In this document: piece by piece, positions 22,562 to 32,353 of the stretch
Numbering within the stretch: the first letter of the stretch is position 1
How the letters are laid out: every line of letters begins with the position of its first letter
DNA from: Trichinella spiralis
Lineage: Eukaryota
NCBI RefSeq assembly: GCF_000181795.1
Contig: NW_003526945.1
Coordinates: 2,467,930-2,500,282, forward strand
Length of the DNA: 32,353 nt
Direction of reading: 5' to 3'
Translations under genes and position numbers: made by a program
Notes under the pieces: generated by a model
Databases searched by the model: none
What the model saw: only the letters and a program-made list of their open reading frames with translations
Told to the model about the DNA's origin: nothing

Positions 22562-23608
22562 TCATTCAAAACCAATACTGATTAAGTTCTGGTCATTGCA
22601 GTTAGTGGCCACGGAAAATAAATAATGATCAAGCATCTGCTTCAACATTTCAGGATCATCCAACAGATCCAACGTTTCCATACTGAAAAAAGAAAGAAAG
22701 AACATAAACATTTGTAAAAAAAATATACCACAAAATAAATACCGTTCTCTATCTTGGCGAGGCAAAGAATTCAAATAGACACCGCTAACTTTCCAGGATT
22801 TAAAATTCGACCAGCCGTTTTCTACATAAATTTGTCTCATGCTATCTACAGATTCGCAAAACGGTGCACCAGAAACTGCTACTTTCATCTGTGCCATGTT
22901 TTCCAAAAATTTACGTCCAAAAATACTATTCAAATTTGATGGTTCGTAGTCCAAAAAACAAGCTTTGGCGAATTTGTTGCTCAACATGTGCAACAAATTC
23001 TTGGTTCGATCAACATCCACATATACTAGAACGCATTCTGACAAAAACAGAGTCGGCTTGGAAAAATCAATCGGAATACTAAGGAACTTTTCCATCAAAT
23101 CATCTGTATTGCACAAATCACCAGCCATTATGTGATAATTCAAAGCATGCATAACGTCATTGTGATCTATCAGCATCTGCAGTTGTTCATTGCAAGCAAA
23201 ACTGTACAGATGGGATGAATGACGAAGAATACAATTTATTTTCTTCCTAACGACATCTGGCAAATCAATCTCCAAATACAGATCAATCCGGCGTCCTTCT
23301 TTTGACAAATTCCAATACATCGTATCAAAGCCTGCACCAAAATTTATAATTTGGCAAGCAGGTCCAAATTTATCGAGAAACTGCTCAACAACAATGCGTA
23401 TCCCTTTGACGCGAGCGTAATAGCCGCGCAGCATTTCAGGAAAACGAAGGATATTTTGTTTCGGCTGCTGAAACAAATATATAAATGGATCCACCCAGTA
23501 GCCTCGCTTTACAGCGGCAGCTTTCCAGTCTGTTGCAACTTCATTTGTCCATTCAAGCCCACACGTCTCGTCCAAATTCGGCGCTTCAGCGTTGTCTCTG
23601 GAGACCAT
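22562..23608 (-). CDS. LCMT1: Leucine carboxyl methyltransferase 1 homologue (PP2A C-terminal methyltransferase family), 328 aa: complement(join(22562..22682,22743..23608))
   Basis: LCM-family motifs AVKRGYWVDPFI, PEMLRGYYARV, SAM-binding QIINFGAGFDTMYW, YLEIDLP, PTLFLSECVLVY, FGRKFLENM and LDDPEMLKQMLDHY. The ORF track starts at a TTG (23638); the first ATG is at 23608, 2 nt after a CAG acceptor-like site. A 60-nt GT..TTTTCAG intron (22683-22742) accounts for the hydrophobic insert in the ORF-track translation. Confidence 0.92.
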   Translation of the reverse strand: MVSRDNAEAPNLDETCGLEWTNEVATDWKAAAVKRGYWVDPFIYLFQQPKQNILRFPEMLRGYYARVKGIRIVVEQFLDKFGPACQIINFGAGFDTMYWNLSKEGRRIDLYLEIDLPDVVRKKINCILRHSSHLYSFACNEQLQMLIDHNDVMHALNYHIMAGDLCNTDDLMEKFLSIPIDFSKPTLFLSECVLVYVDVDRTKNLLHMLSNKFAKACFLDYEPSNLNSIFGRKFLENMAQMKVAVSGAPFCESVDSMRQIYVENGWSNFKSWKVSGVYLNSLPRQDRERYLFCGIFFLQMFMFFLSFFSMETLDLLDDPEMLKQMLDHYLFSVATNCNDQNLISIGFE

Positions 23609-25163
23609 CACTGACCAAAGGCAATACAGCTTCTTCAAATATTTATGGAAAAGATAATAATATTCTCAACACCAATTAAAAAAGTAATTAATATCGTTAA
23701 AAAGTACATTTAATGAATGGTGTCGAAGAGAAGCAAAATTACAGTACAAATGAAAATAAGGTTTATATTTCATTTAGTAAAGAATTCAAAAATTATATAT
23801 ATAACATAAAAAAGACACATTTTTGTTTTTCTTGAAAATTCAATTATTTTATTTCTCTTTTTATTTCTGTTTAAATTTCAAAATGAATTTTGTTCAAGAT
23901 CATCTTCATGCGATTCATGCATGAATGTTCCTTATTGACGTATACAGATTTACAACGATTAAGGGAATAATATGTATGATCTTGATTTTATGAATTACAT
24001 AAAGTCAAAGTAAACAAGGAGGCGTAATCAAAAATCCGAATTGACCAGTTAGAACATTCATCATGCCTATATATTCTCTCGAGGATTAGCCTTACTTTAT
24101 TCGCTAAAAAGAAATGCAAGATGCGGAAAATATTTTAAACTGCATTTACTATTGTTTATTGTAATCGTAAACAACTAAAGTTTTAACAGAATTATTTTAA
24201 ATGAAACTTCGTATAGATTAATAATAAACTATAAGTGAAAATGGTAAAAAGTAAATTTTCATTCGTGATAATCAACATTATTTTGTGCTTCACTACCAAT
24301 ACAGTATAGACAAATAATTATTGTCAACAAACTTTTTAATTAAAAATATTATTCAGTTATAAGCAGAATTTTATTTAATTTTTAATTAGAAACAACATTA
24401 TTCATTTTTCTCTTATCTATAATCAGTGTTGATTCATTATCGTTGTCAAACTTGAAAATTGCTAATTGCATTCTGTACCCTATTTATTCTTGGTGGTTGC
24501 GTGGTATTCATCCTGAGCTGTTTTGCAAATCTAGATCCGTGTTTTTCATTTTAAATTTGCTTTTATTTTTCAAGCAAGATGTTTCCATTCATAACTTTTT
24601 CAAAGTTTTAATTCACTGTTTTCATGTATTATTGTAAATGTTGTTTGCTTATTGACTTTTTCTGCTTATTTGAAGTAGTTTCATATAAAATCAAAGTTGG
24701 TGTAACTTTCGACTAAAAGTAAACATTCTGTTAGTCTTTATGTTTTCGTCATGATTTTCTTTTGTCGTTACTGCTATTTTTTATGTATGTATGGGTAGTA
24801 TTTTGCTTTTTGTATTTTTTGTTCTGTTATTTTTTTATATATCAAATAGCAGTTAAATTTCCACTATTCTAATAAATAATTATATTTGAAATAACTGTAG
24901 ACGACAATTGCATTACCTTAAGTATATTTATTTTTTCCAGCAAAATGGAAATTGCTTTTCGTTCGTAGCGACTTCCTACATTGCTTCTTTATGAGCATTA
25001 CGGCAGTAATTAATTGCAAATTTTGACTTATTTGTTATGAGATATTGCTTAGAATGAAAAAAATAGTTAATTTTTTGGCAGGTTCAAATGTTAAGTTTCC
25101 GTTTCAAAAGAATGTTATTTTATACGTTGTGATAGTAGTGCATTAATTTTAGTTCACACCAAA

Positions 25164-28100
25164 ATGATGATTTCAAAGAATTCATATTTGCATGAATTGT
25201 ATCCTGGTGTCATTGAAGCCGGAATCCCTTTGCCTACGCATTGGAATCCGAAAGACAAATACCAATATTTGGGTTTGTCGTTGAGCAACCTTCGTGTTCA
25301 TTACAAAGGTAAATTGCTATAAATCTGTTTGCTTATTAATTATCGATTTTTAATATTTCTTGTTTTGCTTTAAACTAAGCTTAATATAATTTCTTAAATT
25401 TTTTTTATCAAATAAATAAATAGTTAAATAAATATATTCTTTTTTTATTTTTTCTTAATTTAATCGTAAGTTGCAAATGGAAATTTCAGCGCGTATATTA
25501 ACAGATTTTTCATTATCTTGAAGACAAATGTGTTAATTAATTTAAAAAATCTTTTTGGAATGGGCTATATGGAACTTCAGAATGGGCAGCTGTTTCAACT
25601 GAAAATGCATTAATGATAAATTAATCGTTTGCATTTCTGGCATTTTCGTTGACCTGAAATTTGTAAACGCAATTCTTTGTAATCATTTAAGATACATGAA
25701 CTGGATTTCGTTATCATTTATGTGCAGACAGGAATTTCTAATACTTATTTTCGTAAATTTAATGGATGAAATCATTTTTAATTGTTTATTAACTAGTATT
25801 TAACGGTTGCTTTCTTATAATAATCTGGGTTGCAAATTCTACTAATCTAACTGCTTTGTAAATTCGAAAGTTGTACCAGTTAATGAAAGCAATTGCGAAA
25901 TGTTTTATTTTGTGACGTTTAGATTTTTTACATTCACGCATTAATGCGTTCAACGAATAGTACAGAGGTTGCACTGCAATGCATTTTTATAAAAATATTT
26001 TATTTTAAAACATATTTACGCAGTTAAAAGTAAGCAGATTTTTTTTGGTGGGGGGGGGCAATAAATCTTAGATCATAATTTCAAGTTTTGTTTATTAAAA
26101 TGGATGCTAATCCAGGATGCATTTATCTGGATTATGTTTTTGGTGAAAATCATTTAAGCAGTGAAAATTTATAGCATAAACTTATTTGGTGGTCATGAGT
26201 TTAGCTTGCGTCAGTCTTTTTACTAATTATTTTGATCTTGATTGTTTTTACTACAGCATTAATGACAAGTATATACTGTAATCTCTTCTGGCTGTGCGTT
26301 TTTTTTTGAGCTTTACTTTATTATCAGTTGCTTTTAAATTAAAATTTGCATTTTAATATAATAAAACGTTTTCTTGCATATATATTATATTATATTATAT
26401 TATATTATATATCTAGAATTGAGAGAATTTATTTTTGAAATTTTAAGCTATCTGTAATTGTAATATTTAAATTAATATTTTTTTGTAAAATTTATTAAAA
26501 TGTTAATTTTTATTGAGCATGCTTTTCCGCTGTCAATGAATTTCTCAATAATAAGTTCTTAGTAGAGTTCCATTCAGGTGCCGGAAAAACCCACAAAGAT
26601 GCTGCCGCGGTTAGGAGCAATTGTCCAATTCCGGCAGCATGTGGGTTGTACTATTTCGAAGTGAAGATAATTAATAAAGGACGAGACGGGTAATATAGTA
26701 TTTTTTAACTTTTGTTGATGGTAAATAAATTGTCTTTTTTTAGATACATAGGCATTGGACTTTCCCAATCATCAGTTTGTCTTAATCGTTTGCCAGGTAT
26801 GTGTGACAGGGTGTATTTGCTGTTTTTGTAGTTACATTATTTTTACTGCTCAACAGGATGGGATAAATTTTCGTATGGTTATCATGGTGACGATGGCAAT
26901 TCTTTTTGCTCTTCCGGATCAGGTTCTCCTTATGGACCAACATTTACAACAGGGGATGTCATCGGCTGCGGTGTGCATTTGATGAAAAAGACTTGCTTTT
27001 ACACGAAAAATGGACGACATCTTGGTGCGTATTTACTGTTGATACTTGTACGTTTTGTAATTGACGGTGAATATTTTTAGGAATTGCATTCACCGATTTA
27101 CCGGTTAGTGGCTTCGGCTTCGGTACAACTTGCTTTGTCATATTTGTCGAATTTTTTGCAGGGTGAATTGTATCCAACAGTTGGACTGCAGACTCCAGGT
27201 GAAGTGGTGGAGGTGAATTTTGGTCAGCAGCCGTTTGAATATGATATAATGGAAGAAATAAAAGTGGAATTTTTTTAATTTTAATTTCTTTATAATACGG
27301 CATGAATTTATTTTTTTTATTGTTTTAGCAAGTGAGATATGAAGTGTTTTTGAACATTCGCCAAACTACGTTACCAAAAAAGAAAGTGGAATTCATGAAC
27401 TCGTGAGTATTATGCATTTTTGGTTTGTTGATGGGGTTATATCGAAGTTGTTTTATTTTATTTTATTTTATTTTAGTATTATATCAGCGTTTCTTGTCCA
27501 AGAAGCGTTAGCTGGTACAGCAAAGTCGTTCAATTCGGTTACATATCAGACCAACAAAGAACCACAAGAATCAGTTGAAAATCGTCAGAGTAGGCATTGG
27601 GTTTTGACGAATTCTGTAACTCACACTGATTGAAAACGTTCTGCAGGAATCCGTATGCTCTTGCTAGAAGGACAAGTTGAAGTTGCTTGCGAAATGATCG
27701 ACAGATGTTATCCTGAATTGTTGTCAAATAATATGCAGCTTGCATTTGAGTTGAAAGTTCGCCAGTTTATTGAATTATTTTTGAGCATTGACCTCGCTGT
27801 AAGTTGCAAGAACGACGGGGTGGTACCCAACCAAGTTCCTCATGTGGGAAAAGTTTTCCTTTTAAATTTAGGCTCTGGGCGAAGATCTGCATGCTGGTAG
27901 TTTTGGCAGCTTACCATCTTTGTCCTCGCCGAACTCGCCTCCTCACTGTTCGCCTTCAAGAGATTCTCCAACGCCTGTCGTCATGAAATCACCTTCACGA
28001 ACACCTCCGAGTAAAATGGGTAGGGGATCATTATTCGGTTTCAGGTTGTATACTTTTCTGTGATAATGTTTGATTTGTTTTTTAAGCTTCTCCAAAGGGT

Positions 28101-29172
28101 TCTCCGGTGAGGGAAAAGTCTCCTGCCGCTGCAGCACCGTTGTCGCCTTTTGCAGACAATGCGGAAGAATGTGGAAATTCAGAAGATTCTTCTCGTAATG
28201 GCTGTGAAATGTAAGTAGATGCCTTTGATTTTGCATGTGCTTATGTCGATATGTATTTCTTTGATTGTCATCGCATCAAAGCGATTTGGAAATTCTGTTC
28301 CATGAATATTTTTTAATATCTCACATTTGTCATTATGTGTAGTTCATTTTATTATGTATACTTGTATTTATTTTGGTTGCCTCTTTATTTATTTTATTTT
28401 GAACTCAAGCACTGCAAGCGGGTTTGAATGTTTTTTCTTTTATGATTAACAATGATTGAAGGGATTCTTGCGAAAATGGGTGCGTAGAAAACGGCGGCGG
28501 TAATGCCGAACCAGAGGCAGTAGCCGAGGAATCAACCGGAAAATGTTCAGGCAACGGTGCAGGTATAGATGATGTGTATGATGATATGGAGGATTTCGAC
28601 GGAGGTGATGATTGTTGTATTTTTATTCGTTTTTAAGTTTATGAAAATTTAATATTTTTATTTCAGATCAGTTGGAACCGGAGGATTTTTCCGATTCAGA
28701 GGCCGAATATGCACCGGATTTGTTTTACCGTGTCGAACAGTTAGTGGTGTTTGGTCGTAAATTGAATCAGTTTGCAATGCGCATGGAAGATCAACAGCTG
28801 ATGGATGAGAAAAACAAACAGCTGCTGCTGTCTGCATTTTCGCTCATTGCTTACAGTAATGTGAAAAGTTGTCCAGCTGCTTATCTTTTGAAGCCGGAGC
28901 AACGTGAACCATTGGCGAATGCGGTGAATAGCGCAATATTGGGTGAGAATATCTCGTACAATAATATTAAATTTTGATTTTATTTTATTTGGTTTGTTTC
29001 TTTGTTCGTAGAATATTTGGGACATCCTCAGACATCTGCACTGCAGATGTTGGTCAGCCATGCGCGACATCTCCACGAAGAAATGCTGAAGGCGAATTTG
29101 CCGGGTGCATCAATTGTCGATCCGATGCGAATGCTTGAATTCAAGGCCGATGCTTACCGCGGTCACGTGTAG
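25164..29172 (+). CDS. RANBP9: Ran-binding protein 9/10 (RanBPM, GID1 scaffold of the CTLH/GID E3 ligase), 14 exons, about 597 aa: join(25164..25308,26578..26689,26744..26796,26857..27024,27081..27103,27162..27263,27329..27402,27477..27589,27647..27798,27872..28019,28087..28210,28462..28604,28667..28942,29012..29172)
   Basis: The spliced translation gives the SPRY domain ([142 protein letters not shown]). It continues with LisH/CTLH ([42 protein letters not shown]), a Ser/Pro and acidic linker, and CRA ([30 protein letters not shown]). All phases are consistent and the CDS totals 1794 nt. RANBP9 versus RANBP10 cannot be distinguished. Confidence 0.93.
26381..26410. repeat. (TATAT)n microsatellite in RanBP9/10 intron 1
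   Basis: About six tandem TATAT units. Confidence 0.8.
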
Positions 29173-30271
29173 ATTTCGAAGTTGATTTCTCTTTTTAACT
29201 TCGATTTTGTCAACTGCTCATATTATAATTAATCTAATAATTTGAAAACATATATGCATATATAGCTGCGGATATATGTATATATGTAAAGAAATTTAAG
29301 TTTATTTAATTATTTAAGTCTTTTAGCCAGCTGGCATATGGGAGAAAAAAAATCTTATTACAGAAAGTTTTATTTCAGTTGGAAAAGATGCCAATTTTTT
29401 GACAGAAACGACAGTTTCTGTTTTATTGTAATTAACGTGAACGAACGTTTTCAGTACGGTTGATAATAATTAATTATTAGTACACGGTGAGAGAACCGTC
29501 TCCTTTTGCATAAAAATGGCGCATCTTCATTATTTCATTTATTATTCATCTAACTGAATTTTATTATAATTCATCTTCTCTGCTCTCTTATTTCTCACTC
29601 TTGCTGGTATTTTTCTTTGCGTATTCATATGTACGGACTTTTTATTCATTTTTTCAGTACGTGATGTTGTGGCACGATGATATGTAGGCAGTATTTTGTA
29701 TTTTTAGTTAGTCTCAGTTGCAACGTGCAGTTTGAGCCATCTTGATTTAATTGCAAACAGGCACTCAGTGAAACGCCGTTAGGGTGCTTGTTTCTTTAGT
29801 TAATTTATGTAAATGATGATAACACTGTTTTGGACCTGAAATCATACAAAAATAATTCGATTGTCGGCACTATTTCTTTTTTTATTTGAATAAAAGTTGC
29901 TGCACACAATATTGTTTCACCTTTATGCCATTTGTTTTCTTATCTACACGCATTTTAGTTCGTTAAGAAACCAAATTTAAAAGCAACATATACAATTTTT
30001 GAATTTTAGTCAATTTCGATCTAGGAGTAAAAACTTTTTTTACCGAATAAATGGAAAACTATGATCTACAATAGAGTATAATAAAGCAATTTATCATTTA
30101 AAGTTATTTGACGTATTTTAAGCATAGCATGATCGTTTTGCCAAATCGAGTCATTTCAAACATTGGCACTTCGATGGACAGCACTACATAGCCAAGTAAT
30201 GCAAACATGTAAACAGCTGGAGCATAATTTCTGAAATTACTCCTGTTAAACAAACCTTAATTGCTGCAAAT

Positions 30272-30825
30272 CAAAACGAAAGCGTTGCACGTGTTTACGT
30301 TGCTAAGAAGCAACGATTTCATGGAATGCAGTGCCCATTTACCATCTTATTCATTTATTACACTTCTCATTGATACCAAAATTGTGGCGGTTGGAATTTA
30401 CTTCTCCTAATTAACAACGGTGCAATGGTGATTTGCATAATCAGTACAATATGCACTACCCCAGGGTGAACCATTATTACAAATGCCATGAAATTAAATA
30501 AATTCACAATTCATTTCATAACATTGGGCTCATGTATGGTACGTATTCGAATCCTTAGAGGTATCCAGCAGTTTGTGCGATGAAACTTATTCCAAGCTTC
30601 TCAAAAATTACGGCATATTGTAAAATAATCTTATGATGGTTGCAAGCCGCTTCGTTCTAATTATAGGTATGCAAAGTTTTAATAAGCCGCAATCGATGTT
30701 TTTTAAAAAATTTGATAAAGTTGCCGATTTGAGCAAATGAAATTTATAGAATAAAAAGACTGACATATTGCACGAAAATAACTTTCCATTGTGATCATTT
30801 TGGATAATTCTTATCTCTGAATTGT
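30272..30825. repeat. Diverged direct repeat, copy 1 (~550 bp); possibly a decayed gene or transposon fragment
   Basis: Collinear with 31554..32118. Shared blocks include GTGTTTACGTTGCTAA, TGATTTGCATAAT, CCCAGGGT, ATGAAATTAAAT and AAATTTGATAAAGTTGCCGATTTGAGCA. Stops occur in all frames. Confidence 0.8.
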
Positions 30826-31553
30826 AATAAATCAAAAATATTCGGTGAACTAATGTTGCCAATTTTGAAACTTCCTGTAGTTCGATTGAAAATCAGGAAC
30901 AATTCATATTAAAATTAAATATTTTCTTCGTGAGAAAACACTGATACTTTTCTCGTAAAAATTAAAAACACCATTCCACATACACATTTATTTCATTTCC
31001 ATTTTTCATTCCTTTTTATTTCGGCTTCGTTAAAATTCTATTTTAATTTTTACATTTTTTATATCTCAAGAAATACGCCAAAAGGAACGTTACGGATAAT
31101 TTTATAGCAGTTAGAGAAGAATTCTCTACCAATATAAATCAACTGCTTCAATTTTTGTAAAAAAAAATTTTCCTGAAAAATATCCAAAATTTCATGTGCT
31201 ATAGACTTGGTTGTTTTTGTGAAAATCGTCAAAAAATTGTTTTCCAAATTTGGACTTTTTTTGATTGTTATAGTTTTATATTGAAAAAAGTTTCAGTTTA
31301 AGAGTTTCAATCCAAACCAACCAGTAGGTATGGAATAAACGGGTTCCAAGTTTCAGGTACTGCGGAAATTAATACGTAGGAAAGCTGGCCATCAGTAACT
31401 CTCTTTCAACCGAAGAAGGGACTGCCAAATTCTGCACATCAAACATTTTTGACATGGAATCTGTTAGATATTTACTAATACATCTTTTTTTACGATTAAT
31501 AGAAATAAATTTTTGATATTATAGCTGTGAAATATTCATTATTTCCCGCGAAA

Positions 31554-32118
31554 CAAAACGTAAGCGTTTTCAGTGTTTACGTTGCTAAAAAGTAAACAAC
31601 TAAAGTAAACAATTCATAGAATGCGGGCCCTATTAGCATCTTTTTCATTTACCAAGCTTCCCATTTATACCAAATTTGTGGATAGTTGAATTCACTTTCT
31701 CTAATTAAAAACGATGCAATGCTGATTTGCATAATTAGCATAATATGTAGTCGCCCAGGGTTAAGCTTCATTATAAAAGTTATGAAATTAAATGAATTCA
31801 CAATACATATCACATTATTGAGCTCATGCATGGTATTTGTTCGAAACATTGAAGGAATCCACCAGTATGTACAGTGGACATTATTACAAGTATCTCAGAA
31901 AGAATGGCGAATTGCAATATAATTTTATGATTATTGGAAACAATTTTATGCCACTTAAAGTTATGTAAATTATGAAAAACCCGAAATCGATAATTTTTTG
32001 AGAAATTTGATAAAGTTGCCGATTTGAGCATTTAGAATTCTCAGAATAAAAAACTAGCATATTGCAAGAAAACAGTTTCCAAATGTAATAATTGCGGACA
32101 ATTCTAATCTCTAAATTG
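31554..32118. repeat. Diverged direct repeat, copy 2 (~560 bp)
   Basis: Collinear with 30272..30825. The ORF-track peptides from both copies share LKSATLSNF. Confidence 0.8.
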
Positions 32119-32353
32119 CCAAGGTGTGCCTCTGGGGAAGTGCAATGTATTAATGAATTATTTCTTCATATATGGAAACAATGTTGTACAATTATAAATT
32201 ACAGAAACTATGAATTATTCTCAATTGATAATTTAATAACATATTTGACAGAATTGCTTGTTTGCAAACGTATAATTGATTGTGAGAAATAATGCAATAT
32301 TGGATGAGCAGTGCAATTCAATGTCGTCATTTCAATAAATTCTTATTTCTACA

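Noticed and set aside
23609..23638. N-terminal extension of LCMT1 from the ORF-track start
   Set aside because: It starts at TTG and spans an acceptor-like CAG; the ATG at 23608 gives a normal-length protein.
26574..29076. Minus-strand ORFs opposite RanBP9/10 and plus-strand ORFs opposite LCMT1
   Set aside because: Antisense shadows of real coding exons.
30380..30630. Reading repeat copy 1 with TGA=Trp as a mitochondrial insertion
   Set aside because: The resulting peptide resembles no mitochondrial protein I recognise, and TAA/TAG stops still interrupt both copies.
1..32353. Prokaryotic-type system (CRISPR array, operon, defence island, prophage)
   Set aside because: The genes are spliceosomal-intron-containing metazoan genes, and there is no regularly spaced repeat-spacer array.

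Overview
AT-rich eukaryotic genomic DNA with many short (about 55-75 nt) GT-AG introns. It looks like a nematode, most plausibly a clade I worm such as Trichinella (inference from composition, intron size and protein similarity, not verified). Three genes could be reconstructed exon by exon with consistent intron phases: synaptotagmin-1 (minus strand, 8 coding exons, 451 aa), a leucine carboxyl methyltransferase LCMT1/PPM1 homologue (minus strand, 2 exons, 328 aa) and a RanBP9/10 (RanBPM/GID1) SPRY-LisH-CTLH-CRA protein (plus strand, 14 exons, 597 aa) transcribed divergently from LCMT1. The left ~11 kb holds the 5' part of an unidentified minus-strand gene with long introns, a Ser/Pro-rich coding exon ending in F-x-C-x2-C, and several small upstream exons. 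The right end holds a diverged ~560-bp direct duplication. I found no CRISPR array, RNA gene, intact transposon or clearly novel multi-gene system. The most interesting signals are regulatory: a cluster of ATCGAT (CUT-homeobox-type) sites over the synaptotagmin 5' region, an exact 34-bp duplicate of a splice acceptor 4.8 kb upstream of the real one, an in-frame retainable intron in LCMT1, and the apparent absence of two synaptotagmin splice events known from other invertebrates. All exon models were read by eye and need RNA-seq confirmation.
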